Of a DNA stretch of 64,000 nt, positions 1 through 14,021 are shown in pieces. Source of the DNA: Epiperipatus broadwayi. Lineage: Eukaryota; Animalia; Onychophora. The stretch covers positions 10,726,001 to 10,790,000 of the forward strand of contig JAQFVV010000005.1 in the NCBI GenBank assembly GCA_028023455.1. The letters run 5' to 3'. Both the position numbers and the translations under genes were made by a program. The notes under the pieces were generated by a model. That model did no database searches. It was not told where the DNA came from and was given only the letters and a program-made list of their open reading frames with translations. Numbering within the stretch: position 1 is the first letter of the stretch; every line of letters begins with the position of its first letter.

Positions 1-989
1 ATTTATCTACTTTCCGTATTGTAACGGTAAAATAAATATTCAATACGGTATTTTGATTTATATTAGATGATAGGTTTAATTTCCTCAGTAGTTCGGATTT
101 GAACCCAGAACCAATGATACACAAAAGATATTAAATGAAATCGACATGCATGTATTATGTGATCTTCCTACATATACATTGTAAATCTTCCAGACGTATA
201 TATAAATATCATTTTGTCCCCCCACTCTATAAAAAAAAATTCTACCCCCTTCAAAACCACCCAAAACCCCCACCCCCCCTTAATTCCCCCCTTGGTTTTT
301 TAAAATAAATTTTTTTTATTTAAAAAACTCCCCAATGTATCTATTCCCCAAAACCATCGAGATAGTTTAAATTCTTAGCTATAAGTGCCTGATAGTTTAA
401 ATTCTTAAGTTCAAATAATTTAAACTAATTATTTTAATTAAACTAGTGTAATTATTCCAACTTTTTTAAAATGGTAAATATTTTTTTTATCTTTTACATT
501 TTAATAAATTTTAATGTAATTGTAATATAGTAGTATATACGTAAGATTTTCGAATAATAATTTACTTATAATTTTGAAAACTAGAGGGCGAACATGATTT
601 TTATGCTGTGGTCGCTAAAGTAAACCTTTACCAGAATTTCAATAATATCACAAAGTTTTTATAATAATATTAACCAGGATGATGATGATGATTGGGATTT
701 ATAATTATATGAACTCCTATCAGTATTTTATTTTTTTTAGGCGTCAATCAAAAAAGAAACTCCAGGTGCCAAACCTTAATAGAGAAAATTTACTGAGAAT
801 ACTAATGAAATAACGATCATCACTACCAATTATTACTGTGACATCCCAACATTCCCCAGCTGTCAGAGTTGTGATGATTTATAACTAGCATATGTGTGTT
901 ATGATGTTTAATAGTGTTATAAACAAACAACTGGATTGATAAAACAACAATTTAACAATTTATTAACATATATATGTAAGCTGGTTATA

Positions 990-1210
990 TCTATAGACTA
1001 GTGATTCCAAATGTAGATATAAAATCAAGCACAGCACAACAATTAATATATTTTCAGTTTTTAAATCTACACGTGATTCCAAAGGTAGAAATAAAATGAA
1101 AGTATCCCAACAGTTAATATATTTTCAATTTAAATCTACACTAGCAATTCCAACTGCAGATATAAAATATAACATATCACAACAACTAATATATTTTCAG
1201 TTTTATGTCT
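990..1210. repeat. Diverged ~70-76 bp minisatellite, 3 units (also at 28901-29122 in copy 2)
   Basis: Units start 'tcta' at 990, 1066 and 1135, each with 'gattccaa..g.aga.ataaaat...aca..taatatattttca'. Confidence 0.8.
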
Positions 1211-3199
1211 AAGGCCTTTTTAATGCTACAATACGAATATCTTACTGATCAAAATATCTAATGCCCTAAATTGTGGGTTTTATATATTTTTTTCTGTAAC
1301 TACAGTCGTCTTCATAAATTTACTTAATGAGTATATTTCTTCTCGCATGCTAGTCTTGAATTGAAGTTACAGCAAGATGATAACATATAGGATGTACAAT
1401 ATATAGATCTTCAGCAATTTAGTGGCACTACATTTTCTTTTCTTTATTGGAATCTTCCAGAGACTTCAACATTATTTACTGGATTGGATGCATATTTAGA
1501 ATTGTCAACAATCAAGTATCAAATGCAATTGATTATGATTTACAAGATAATAATTTAAAATCATTATATTGGATTTTAAACAAGATCTTAGTGGTTGATG
1601 ATGTTAAGCTACATCTGGAAATAATAAGCGGGAAATTTCTCGAGTGACTGAAATTGTTGAATGTTATAAGGAAAATGATATTTCATCGACAAACCAGATA
1701 GACAACTTAGAAATATGCATTATAAATAAAGATATTGAAATTCAAGGTAAACCACGTTGAGAAAATTCATCTTTATCAGATTTGATATCTATTTTCCTGA
1801 AAAAATTAGATTTACATGGTAAATTATTACATAATATTACATATCAGATAAGACTATGTGGTGATCAACCGGTTACTACAGATATAGGATTTAAGATGGA
1901 GGATGGCAAAAATTTTATTTTGAAAGTGATCAAGTAAATTATTTGCTGAAAATATAGTTAATTCAGGAGGTAAATTTTGAATATCCATTAATGATAATTG
2001 CAAGCTATTATGGATAGCTCAGAAAAAATTTAAACTCAGATAAGTTTGTTTGCTCCAAGTATGGTATATTGACAGACGAAATATATCCTGCTTACATTCA
2101 TCAGACTTAGAAAACTTACAATCTGTTTCTTTAAGAGGGATTTGATAATTTAAAATAGTACAGTCAGAATAACAATAACCGATTGAATGTATCATTCCAA
2201 ATAAAAATTTCTGAGGATGTCATTTCTTTCATTATATTTCTGTCTTGATTTCATATTGTTCACATTTTTATTAACCTTTTTTTATTTGAAGAATTGGAAA
2301 AAGGGTCTTTAACTTGATCCTGTTTCTATTATTATTCCTACTAATGATATGCCTTAATTTTGTTGAAATAAGATTATAACTTAGAAATCATCAACGTATT
2401 TATTTTTAAAATATCAAATCTATTGTTTTCCAACAAGTAGTTCTTTTTTGAAAAATTCTGTTTATCACTGTTCACTTTGTGTTTATGAAAAATATAAGAA
2501 AGCAGTACTTAAACAATATCAATAACAATCTCAATCTTTTGTCCAGGCATCTTTTAACAATAAAGATAGAAATCCACTTTTATCTATTATGTAATATGTT
2601 TATATAGACCTAATGATTGCAACTTGACTAAAGAGAATGAAATTAATTCAGAGAAATTAAATAAACCTCATTAAACAGGTAAATATGTATTTGTTTGATT
2701 ATAATTGAACAATTATCGAAATTTTAAATAATTTGACTATTCTTCAATAAATATATTAATTACATGTAATAAATTTCTAAATTTATTTGGGAGTTTTCAC
2801 TCATTTATTAAAATTTGCATAAATGTTATAATGAGGGAAGACAATATTTCTTGTGATTAGTTGTATATTGTGTAACAGCATGTCATTTGTACTGATTAAA
2901 ATTTGGGACTGATTAAATCACTGTAACCAAAATACGCTTGCATAAATAAATTATAATAGAAACTAATGGTAAATTATTGTATTAATTTTTGAATTCTGAG
3001 TTTTTATTTAAACATTTCTTGAAAATTCATGTAGATATTTTTCTGTAGACTTGTATTTTCTACATAGGAAAGCTGTAAAATTTTCTGTAACTTAAATAAA
3101 TATACCAGTGTTATATATATCTTAAAATAAAAAGATCTTTTATTTACACTAATATAGAATTAATGTTTTTGAAATTATATAAAAATGTGGTAAATAAGA

Positions 3200-3780
3200 A
3201 TGATATTGACTTGATTGTCACATGCTTCTTGTTTTGAACCATCAGTCTTTATAGATATATTATTTTGTTGCTATCTTCTTAGTTTTTAGACATTCTGTTT
3301 CCACTTTCACTTACTAATGGAGAAGATTATATTTATTTCCTTATGATTCTCTTGTAGTGTATCTTTCGTCCTTGTTATTTTTTCATATGGAATATTTGTA
3401 ATTGATATCAACTTTAGCTGCCTTGTTGTGTAGAATATTTTGAATAGCTTTTCACAAGATAGAAGGCTTTTAATAGTGATAATATAATGGGAATATATTT
3501 TATATTCTTCTATTTCTGTTATATATTTTGTAGATATCACAGTATTTTATCTTCTGGGTAATGCATTTTTGTATATAAATTAAGTTTAATTATTGAGCAA
3601 GTCGTATATAGTTGTTGAAATGTGAGCTTTTGTGTACAATTTCACTTGATGGATAAAACAAATGGTAGCTTCAGCTATTCTCAAAGATCTGTGAAGTATC
3701 AAATTGTCATGTCTTCAGTGTCTCTGGTGTTTGGCTATAAAGTTTGAAGTAAGTTGCATAAATCAGCGATTAAATGTTAA
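3200..3780 (-). mobile_element. Highly degenerate Penelope-like element remnant (RT thumb/linker region)
   Basis: Minus-strand translations 'YHLFYPSSEIVHKSSHFNNYIRLA' and 'ISITNIPYEKITRTKDTLQENHKEINIIF' resemble PLE motifs (YLxFxSxHPxxHKxSxxxxxxxRA; IxIPYxxxxSExIxxxLxxxNIxVxF). Contains stops and frameshifts. Confidence 0.4.
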
Positions 3781-3989
3781 TGCATTTAAGTGAGAATGAG
3801 AGATAATGAATAATAATTAATTTTAATAATAATAAGGAATTCAGCACTTTTAAGATATTTTTTTTACTCAATTATTTTTTCATCTCAATATACAATTGGA
3901 AACATTGGAAGAATTATATAATTGACTCCTAATGTACATGTTTATTGTTATATTTTAATATAATTAAATAATATAATAAAGTCTGTCAA

Positions 3990-4090
3990 GCATTGGTGGT
4001 GGAGAGGTCTGCACAGCTGCCTTACAAACAGTTGTCCTGAGTTAGCAGGTTCGCTTCCTGGCCGATGCTATGACACATGAAAAAAAAAAT
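3990..4090 (+). mobile_element. tRNA-derived SINE-like head with A-rich tail
   Basis: A-box-like tggtggagagg (3997-4007), B-box-like ggttcgcttcc (4048-4058), A run at ~4080-4089. No complete tRNA cloverleaf. Confidence 0.5.
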
Positions 4091-4232
4091 AATAATATTT
4101 TAAAGTCAAAATAAAATCCTTGTTTTTTTACTTCACCTTTGAAATTGCACTTTACGCAAAAAAGTGAAGCTTATTATTAGAAAAGAATTCATAATATAAA
4201 TGCATACTTACTTTTTTGTAAAGTTAGTGTAA

Positions 4233-4316
4233 GTATAGAGTTATGCATTTCCACAGAGGCAAAATTCTGCATACAGTAGTGCCACTCAATGCAAGCCAGA
4301 GTAATCAATGGATGCA
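4233..4316 (-). mobile_element. Fragment of hammerhead-carrying element, subfamily B
   Basis: 'aggcaaaattctgcatacagtagtgcc...agagtaatcaatggatgc' matches 28631-28690. Flanked by gtaaagttagtgtaa (4218-4232) and gtaaagtttgtgtaa (4317-4331), 15 bp with 1 mismatch. Confidence 0.65.
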
Positions 4317-4439
4317 GTAAAGTTTGTGTAAAAAAATCCTTATAAACTTGAATAATTTGCAATAAAAAAAAATTATCAAAATTATAATCATTTTTTAATA
4401 ACTTTATAAAAATGGAAAAATATGAGTGATTTATTTTGT

Positions 4440-4790
4440 AATTTATGTAAGGAATAGAAAATATTAGGCATATGTTAATTGAATGTAAATGCTTGGAAAT
4501 AAAAAGTGTACAAATAATGAAGTTATAAAAGAATAAATATGAAAGAAGTGATTATACAGAAAGTGAATTATTAACATTTATGCTGGGTTCGGGAAAAGAT
4601 AAGGGGGATTTAGATATAAAGGCCATAGAGTTATCAAAGAATATGTTGTGGAAATGGTATGGAGCAGAATATGGGAAAACTTAGAGTGGTGAATGGAAAA
4701 TAAAGTGGCTAACAGGTTTATCTGGGCATAATTGCTGAGATATTTTTGACTTCGTTTAAGGAGAAGCCACAGTACATCACATCACATTGG
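4440..4790 (+). mobile_element. 3' fragment of APE-type LINE (same family as 34706-38604)
   Basis: Aligns to 38250-38604, including the KEGIENIRHLLIECK-coding region and the 'aaagtggctaacagg...cagtacatcacatc' tail. Confidence 0.9.
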
Positions 4791-7700
4791 AAATTTTTTT
4801 TATACAGTTATGTTGTAGCCTGCATAATGAAATACATACTAGGGAAATGGAATTATAGTTTTTGCTAATCCAAAATGAAATTTTATCATGTAAATATATT
4901 TTAAATCAATTAAATTTCATTTGGACAACATATTTAATTTCTTACTTGCAAGTAGAGTATGAAGAAAATGCCATGATGTTAAAATTTCATGGCCATTTTA
5001 AAAATTAGTTTGTGTGAAATATATTTAAACTGAAATCCTAAAAGTTGATCACATTCAGTAGTAGAATCATAGTTTTTGATTTCATAAATATATTTTAGAT
5101 TAATTAAATTTCATTTGTACCATGTATTTAATTTTCCCTTGCAATAATGTTATTAAAATTTCATAGCCATTTTAAGAATTGTTTTATTATAAGAGTAATA
5201 TATTTAAACTGATATTTTAAAAATCAAGCAAATTCAGTAGTAAAACTGATCATAACAGTTTATAATTTTTGGAATACTGCAGTTTATAACTCACGTATTA
5301 TTATTTTCTTTTATTCTACAAACATGAGCAAAGCCCCAAGAACAGCTAGTTTAATAAAAAAAATAATCTGAATACATAATTAAAATTCTTGTATTGGCTT
5401 CATTTATTATTTAATTACAATTTATTCAATTTACAAAAAAAAATTAAATATCTTTGTGAATATTGTGTTATGTAACATGACAGGTGTCTTTTGATAACCA
5501 TTGTAATCACGGACAATTATTTTTAGTTATTTTATGCCATTTTGATCTGCATATATCTACACAGAACAACAATGATTATGAATAGCATGATTTTTGGAAA
5601 AATTGTTATTTGGAATGTATAGTTTAAATAATAATTGAAAAACATATCACAAAATGACGATCTGACTTATGACCAAATATTTTGAAACATTCGTTACTTA
5701 AGTAATAAATATCAATTTCAGAAAAAATTTAGCATGACTTTGTATTACAAAATAATTTAAGCCATGAATTCCAAAATATGAAATTTTTTTGAGTATAATA
5801 CAAAGATAAAATGCACTTTAGCCATGAATTAAAAAAAATATTATAATTAGTAGAAATCTAAAACTTGATGGCACTCATAATGTAATGATTTAGAAGAATG
5901 ACATTCATCTTTTTGTAAAACTTTTTACTTGAATTTTTTAATCATGCATTTAATATATAATGTATTTTATGCAGTATAGATTATTTTATTTTTATTAGCA
6001 TGTAAGGTTCTTTGCTTTATTTTTTAAGACTCAAAATTAATTTGGGAGTGTGAAATAGAATAAAATATATATTATCTTTTAGAAGATACTTATAATAAAA
6101 AATAAACTTAAGTTTTTTGCAGCCGATTTTATGTTGTTAATGCCAAGATATCTATTTGTTATGTAATTATATATTAAACTAAATCATATTGACATAAAGC
6201 ATGAATTACAAGATTTGATATATTTTTTATATTGGTTCTGTAACAGATATAAAGTACAAGTTTGCCTGTAGATATAATAGTGTTTATATTGTGCCATTAC
6301 AATTTAGTCATTAGCTAAATTTATAGTAATGTGCATGTAGGAAAATGTAAAACAAAATCATCATCACATTTTTATATAACAATAAAGGAAGCTGTAGGGC
6401 ATCCAAGTTTAAACCCTACAAGGTCCAGTTCTAAAAGCTTTAGATAGAAAGAGAGTGGGTCAGCAATTATATGCTTTACTTGTTTGTGTGTTAATAAATC
6501 TCAAAAAGAGCAGCACACACATTTAATATTTAAATTTTTTGTTAAAAAGCAAAGTTATAATGCATACGTATAGGCAGTGTATGTGTAAGCTATTTAATTG
6601 TTTTATATTTCAAATATTCAACATTTTAACTTTCTTTAAAACTAACCTATGCTTGATCAATTCTAATATCTTATTCTATGCTTCTATTTTGCTTTTCTAT
6701 AATTGTAATTGGGATTTAAAAGTTACAGATTTAATTAAATAATAGGGTTATAATTACTAAGCTAGCAATTATATTATTTAATGTTAGTTTATGAATGATT
6801 TGAAATAATGAAGTATGTGTGTACATTACATACAGAAATTTACATTTATTAAATATTGAAAGAAAAGGAAGGGTTAAATCTGTCAAAATATTTTTTTTGT
6901 ACAATTTATGTTAAAAGAGGAAATCTGTTGAATCAGATATCTATTTTTGTAGCAATTTTGTTTTTGTAAATGATTGTTTGTCACTTTGGGAGCTTAATCT
7001 GGGTGGGAACTCTAATTTTGAAATTGTCTTATCTTAAGATCTAAAGAAGGAAGCTCAAAAATTTGAAATGTTACCTAGGTGTAAGAAAAAAAAAAGGATT
7101 AAGTCTATTTTTTTTTAAAACAAAAGTGTCTGGAAAAAGGATTAAACTTTTCAGTTGAAAAATAATTTAGTTGAAAATAAATTAGAGATCTAATTAAAAC
7201 GAATTTGTCCAAAAATAGCAAGTGATGCTATCTCTGATTGGTTAAGTTAGCTCAAAAATTGAATATACAAAGTGTCTGGAAAAATCATTTGAATTATTAT
7301 TATTGTGATTATGATTCAGATTATTAGACTATTAAATTGAATGTTGAAAATATAAGAAATGACTGGCTAGAAAAATTATATGTCCCATCTTTGCTCGACC
7401 ATCTGGGGAAGCTGCACATCATATAGGAAAGAAAATATGTTTTGTCTAAAATAATATTCTACATCTTTCAACTGACCAGATAAATAAGATGTTCTTAATA
7501 GAAGGAAGAAAGCATTCACCTGCATTCGATGAAAGATGAATTAATCTACCGATAAATATTAATCATCAAGTCCAATTAATTGTTCCAACAACTGAGTTTA
7601 AATCCGGGAAATTTATAACGTGAAAACAACTGCTGTATTTCATTCACTAAAAGAATAATGCTTGACAGGAAGAGAAGAAAAATTGATGTAATGATTTCCA

Positions 7701-10700
7701 AATTATCCACTAAAGCAAATAACCTCAATAGGATCCTCATCATCAAATAATTATATACTTCAAGAAAGTGATTGTTCCAAAGAACACGGAAATTGTTGCT
7801 GCCAAGTATAGACAGTATACAAGACAAGTGAACCCTTGGATCGGTAATATGACTTTTATATCTATTTTCTTTATGAAATTAGAGTATTAATAAAAATTTA
7901 GTAATAAAGTGACATATTTTATTTAAAGAACTTTTAAAGACAATTCAGATCGATGGAAACCAAGAATGTCTTAATAATAATAGCTTTGAACTACATAAAT
8001 GATTGTGAATGTATCAAAATTTATTTGTTTATTAATTTTACAGTTATGAAATATTAATGTGTAAAACAATTTATTTTTATTTTTATGGTATTATGATTTT
8101 AGTTTTAACTAATATATTATTATTATTTTGGGATAAAACACGCACCTACATAGTAATATTTTATATGTGTATAATTGCGAGTGAATGTGAAATAATAGGT
8201 GGTGTTAAAATATTAAATTATTTTGTCTTGAGAAAGTATAGATTTCAGCGCTTGGAAGGAAGTGGGAGATAATGATTTAAAACTCTTTTTTAAGAACTTG
8301 ATTTTTCTAATTTCTATTAACATTTTTTTTTTTTAACATTCTACTTACATGTTAAATTTATAAAGTATGTGTGCTAATGAGCGGATAATTTTGTTTTTTT
8401 TCTTGAAATACTTTTCTCATGGAGTGAAAATCATGGTCAATGTGACATCCAACTTAATACAAAATACATTTGAAGGGAAAGGGGGAAGAATGAAATTAAT
8501 CTGAGGATTGCTATATATAATCAATTATTCTTATTATTCTTATTCATATCAATTTTCATGTTTATCTAGAAATTTTTATGTATATGTTAGAAATGCAGTA
8601 ATAAATATTAGTTTGTTTTATTAAACGAGGCGTATATATTTCATTAAGTGTAGTCTTTGTTAAGTGTGATCATTCATCATCATCAGTGGTTGAATATTAG
8701 TTATTTAAGATATAAGTAAATATGCTAAAATTAAGCAATAATTATGAATTTCTTTATAAAATTAGTTTTATGTTTAGGCTTAGTCCTAAAGCTGTGGTTG
8801 AAACCATTGTCATTATCGTTATCATTATCATCATTGTCATCATCAACGTTTTTATTAATGAGCTGGTTAAATGTTTAAAGGCCATAAATAAATATTGATT
8901 CCATAATATTTAGTGATTTCTTAGTATTATTATAACCACCATTCCATCATCTATTTCATGCTAGGATGAGTGAATTGCCATCCTAAATTAATAGTAATCT
9001 GAGCTAGTAAAACTTATAAAAATATTGAACACATTTGTTATGCTAAGATCTAAAAAAAAAAGATTTATGTCTAAGGAATTCCACTTTAGTTTAAAGATGT
9101 TTTACTTTTACCTAAATATTAGTGCGTATAGTGATATGGCTCAAAAAGCAAAACCTCCCAGTTTTATTACAAATAAAGTACCAAAAGGGGATTCAAACCC
9201 GGTACATGTGAAAGGTTATTAGATATAACTGTGTCTAGATTCAAATAATCTAATGGCGCCCTGCTAGACCATATTCACTGGGTATTTGTTTAAATATGCA
9301 CTTAACATCAAACCAAGAAATGAAAGTGGATAAAATCTACTGTCTGTATACCTGAGTGATTTCCATATACCTGAGTTATAATAGTTGTTATTAATAATTT
9401 GTTTATAATTATTGATATTGTGATATCTTGAGAAATCTAATTACAGAAATATGTTTCATTTTATCCAATGACACTTAATATAATTGATAACTCAGTCTGA
9501 CCTCTTTGGTTTAATAGCCACTACTCATGTTAAATAATTCTTTTCTTTTGATATAAAATCTACAATGCATTTTTCGTTTATTAAGCTAGAGATTTATATT
9601 GGAATCTTTTCATAATTATTAAATACATTTGGATCGTTTGATCATCTTTATTAAGTTACATTTTTTTAACAATACTGGAATATTTGAGATTTTTACAATA
9701 CTTGAATTTTTTGATTCTTTAATAGACCAGATCTCATTTTATTACACTGGATCTGTGATCGAATCTTTAATTAGGTTACAATATATATAAATTTTCTATG
9801 TACATAACATTAAACATAAAATTGGACTTTGAAAGAAAATGCCTATCTGCTTATATGTTTAGCTCTATAGTTCGTATTAGTTACATTTCTATACGTAATT
9901 TCCTATGCCTAATTTAAATGAAATATTTTTACATGATTTGCTGCTATTTATGGTGTTTTCTGGCAACTATAGTAACTAAGGATTGTTAAAATATTTTTTT
10001 ATTGCTTCTTGCTTTTTCAATATAATTTCATTAAGTTCATTTATTTTCTTTCTCTACATGTTATTATAGTCTAAAGGTCTTAATCGACATTTTCTATCAT
10101 TAATGGCAAATTGAGAGTTCTGTGATTGAAACAACTTTTTTATCAATAAAGATTTTTGACATCAGCAATAGCTGACAAAGTTGTTCTATTAATTTTATTT
10201 TAATCACTTATTATAAATTTTTTTATTATTTCCACTAGTTTTTTTGATGATCAATTGTATATATTATCTATTCATTTCTACATGTGCCATTTTTTCATTT
10301 TTAATGAATACACAATCATTGATGTCCATAATTTCAATCTACTCTCATGGTTCATATCAAGATGTTATTGTATGTGTTAATTATATTACTAAGAAATTAA
10401 CTATTTTATTTAATCTTTGCCCTTCTCAAAAATTCAAGAATGTATTGTTATTATAATCTACACATCGACTCTTTGGCTTTATCAATTACCCTGCATATCA
10501 TGCTCTTCTTTATTTTAGATTATCTATTTGTCAATTAAATCGTCAGATTATTTCTGAAGTTTTCCAGATAAGTTAAGATATTTGAAGCCTATTGCTTGCA
10601 AATTACTTAAATGAAAACATTTTTACCCATTAAATATATATAAAAAATAGTAAATCATACACAAAAAATATATTAAATGCAATATTTTTAAATTATAATG

Positions 10701-12725
10701 GTAAAAAAAACAAACAATAATATAAAACTTATACAGAAATACTTTTGATTACTCAAAAATACGTCTATATTATTGTTTACTTTTTATATTTATTATAATT
10801 TAAAACTAATACATATATAGCCAAAATATATTACATTTTATCATTTATGAAAGTTAAAATTAGGTTACTTTAATTGTCATTATTTTTATTTAGGTTGACT
10901 GAAAATGACCAATTCTGAAATATCTCAAGTTATGTATGATTATTGTGACCACTTCATTCTGGAAGTTGCATTATAAATAAGTCTTTCATAAAGATGTACG
11001 TTGATATATATTCAGTGAATCATTATAAGCTGTTGTGGCAAGTTTTACCAGCCTTATGAAATTATGTTTCCAACGTTCTCAATCATCCCAAGTAAAATAC
11101 TCAAATAAGTTTATAACTTCGATAGATTGTTAGAAGTTTAAGCACTGAAATAACAGGATTTGGTGTATTCTGAAGGTACTATGCTCTAGTTTGCCATCTT
11201 CCAAAACACACAGAGTATCATTATGTAATGGTATATAATGAAATCTTGTTTGGGCACAATATGTGAATTAAATTAATCCTTGAAATTAATACTACCAATC
11301 ACATCAGTGATTTGTTGTTCAGAATATTCTGAAGTATATTGTGGGTCATTATTATATCAAGATATATAAAAACTAATTCACTACAAGATAATTGATCAGT
11401 AATTTATTTTATTTTGAGAAATGTCTTTCTGAACTTGGTAATTTTGATTGATAATTTTATGATTTTCAATCTCACAAATGAAATATAAATACGATGAAAT
11501 GAATTGCTTTTATATATATATGTAATAATTTTATACAAAAATATTTTCAATAGCTATATATATTGATTTCTGATAACAGTTTGATTGCATTGGTAAAATT
11601 AATAAATTTTAACAATAATAAAATAATCAATTTGAATTGATATCAATCAATCATTCACAGAACTGTAACAAAGGAGCCACTAAAAAATAATAATGAAATA
11701 TTAGTTATTATGTAAGATTTTATAAAAATGATAGAGAAGAACTGTATTTGTTGTGGAAAATAGATAATTATGAATACTGTTGATAATTTCATTGTTTACA
11801 AAATAAGATTATATTTACAACTGTAGGACTTGTATATTTGTTACAATATAAAATTAATTTTACAGTTGTGCAGAAGCATTTAAATAAATAAAAAAATTAA
11901 TCATAAGAGATCACTACCTACATAATGGACTTCTATTATTATTTTCAAAAATTATATTTAATGAGATATATAATGTTTAACTTTTTTTGTATGTGAATTT
12001 TAAGCTTCAATCATCATTATTAATGAAAAGTAAATAAATAATTTGTTGACTTTATAGTAAAATCCACTGTTCAGAAATCAAGTTACAACATGATTTTTTT
12101 AAAAATAAAATCTGATTATCATTATCCATACATTTACAACTCTCAAGCCAGATATGTTTATGATTTTAACTCTTTCATTTTTACCTCATAATTTTTAATC
12201 AACATTTATTTTTCATAATTGTATCATATGCATGCATCACGTGTTTGTTCAGTTGATAATTGCCTATTTAATAATCTATTTCAAGCTAATTTAACTCTTC
12301 TTAATTATTGATCTGATTTTTATAATGTATTTTCAAATCTATATTATAAAATTTTCAGGCCATTTTTCTTATGTGATAAAATATTAAAAGAGATTGATGA
12401 AAGAAAAATTGCTACAAAGTGGTTTTTTATTTTGCAAATAATTATAAAAGCAAAATATTTTTTGAGTATTGCTTATTTTAATGTAATTTAAAATATTTGA
12501 AAATGAATAAGTGATAAGAAAGTAAAATATATCTGAAATCCAATGTCAAAGTAATACATAAATTAAAATTATATAAAACAATTCATTGCAATTTTTACGA
12601 TTACTATATTGCATAAGAAATGATTTTAAAGTGCTTACTGGAGAAAATCTTTTGCAGCTCCTACGATTATAAGATTGCAGTAAAACAAGTTAAAAATGTA
12701 CATAAGAACAGAAAGTGAATAAAAA

Positions 12726-14021
12726 ATGTTCCAATGCAGTTTTTCTAATTACACTGCTGCTGCTAAAATAAATATAATAAAACATGAAATAACTCACACA
12801 GGGAAAAAATCTTTCCATTGCTGCTTATGTGATTATGAGACTACAGTAAAGAGAAGCTTAACATTCCATGAAAGAACACATACAGGAGAAAAACTTTTCC
12901 TTTGCCGCGTTTGTAATTATAATACTCCTCACAACAGTCGATTGATAGAACATGAAAGAACCCATACAGGGGAAAAACCGTTCCACTGTAAATTATGTGA
13001 GTACAAGACTGCTGTAAAAAGAAACTTGACAATCCATGAAAGAATACATACAGGGGAAAAGCCTTTCAACTGCAACTTATGCAATTATAAGACAACTACT
13101 AAAAAGTGTTTAAAAATACATGAAGCAGCACATACAGGATTAAAAGCATGTGAAAGAATACATACAGGGGAACAGCATTTCAACTGCAACTTATGCAATT
13201 ATAAGACAACTACTAAAAAGTGTTTAAAAATACATGAAGCAGCACATACAGGATTAAAACCATATCAATGCAGCTTATGTGAATACAAGACTGCTGCAAA
13301 ACGAAACTTGAAAATCCATGAAAGAGCACATACAGGCGAAAAGTCTTTCAACTGTAACTTTTGTAATTATAAAACAACTTGGAAAAGTCATTTCGAAGAG
13401 CATGAAAGAATACATACCGGAGAAAAACCGTTTCATTGTAAATGGTGTGCTTATAAAACTGGTGTAAAAAGAAATCTAATTAAACATGAAAAAACACATA
13501 CAAAAGAAAAATCTTTCCACTGCCAATTGTGTCGTTTCAAAACTGGTAGAAAATACAGTTTAAAAATTCATGAAATAACACATACAGGAGAAAAGCCTTT
13601 CCATTGCAGTTTTTGCAATTTTAAAACTGGTGTCATGGGGCATTTAAGAGTGCATCTAAGAATCCATACTGGAGAAAAACCTTTTCATTGCCAATTGTGT
13701 AATTACAAGACTGCTGTAAAAAATAGTTTAAGACAACATGAAAAAGTACATAGAGAAAATAAACTTCCCAGAAGACCATATGTCAACAGACTAGTTTCCC
13801 AAAGTTCTTTGATAAATTGTAAAAAATATACTCTTGAAAAACATTTTCTGAAGCTTAATCAAACTAAATATGAAGATGACATGCAAGTTTGTCATAGTAT
13901 TAAAGTGTTCAATTGTTGTTTGTGTGATTATAAAGGCAATGACAGATGTACCATAGATAAGCATGAAGCTAGCCATTTTACTGACCATGATACTATTGTG
14001 ATCCTTATACAATTCATATGA
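12726..14021 (+). CDS. Multi-C2H2 (Kruppel-type) zinc-finger protein, 431 aa; 12 tandem fingers (first degenerate) plus one isolated C-terminal finger
   Basis: Uninterrupted ORF with repeated F-x-C-x2-C-x12-H-x3-H fingers and TGEKP-type linkers. The true 5' end or upstream exons are not determined. Confidence 0.9.
   Translation: MFQCSFSNYTAAAKINIIKHEITHTGKKSFHCCLCDYETTVKRSLTFHERTHTGEKLFLCRVCNYNTPHNSRLIEHERTHTGEKPFHCKLCEYKTAVKRNLTIHERIHTGEKPFNCNLCNYKTTTKKCLKIHEAAHTGLKACERIHTGEQHFNCNLCNYKTTTKKCLKIHEAAHTGLKPYQCSLCEYKTAAKRNLKIHERAHTGEKSFNCNFCNYKTTWKSHFEEHERIHTGEKPFHCKWCAYKTGVKRNLIKHEKTHTKEKSFHCQLCRFKTGRKYSLKIHEITHTGEKPFHCSFCNFKTGVMGHLRVHLRIHTGEKPFHCQLCNYKTAVKNSLRQHEKVHRENKLPRRPYVNRLVSQSSLINCKKYTLEKHFLKLNQTKYEDDMQVCHSIKVFNCCLCDYKGNDRCTIDKHEASHFTDHDTIVILIQFI

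Noticed and set aside
215-345. C-rich tract (G-quadruplex potential on the minus strand) unique to copy 1
   Set aside because: Irregular low-complexity homopolymer runs with no periodicity; function cannot be supported and it may reflect poor base quality.
1500-2150. Coding-like stretch conserved in both duplicate copies (ORF 1447-1647)
   Set aside because: Stops and indels differ between the copies and no domain is recognised. Probably ancient TE debris.
3205-3250. Possible decayed hammerhead at the end of the PLE remnant (minus strand CUGAUGG...GAAGCAUGUGAC)
   Set aside because: Three core mismatches and no convincing stem I or II.
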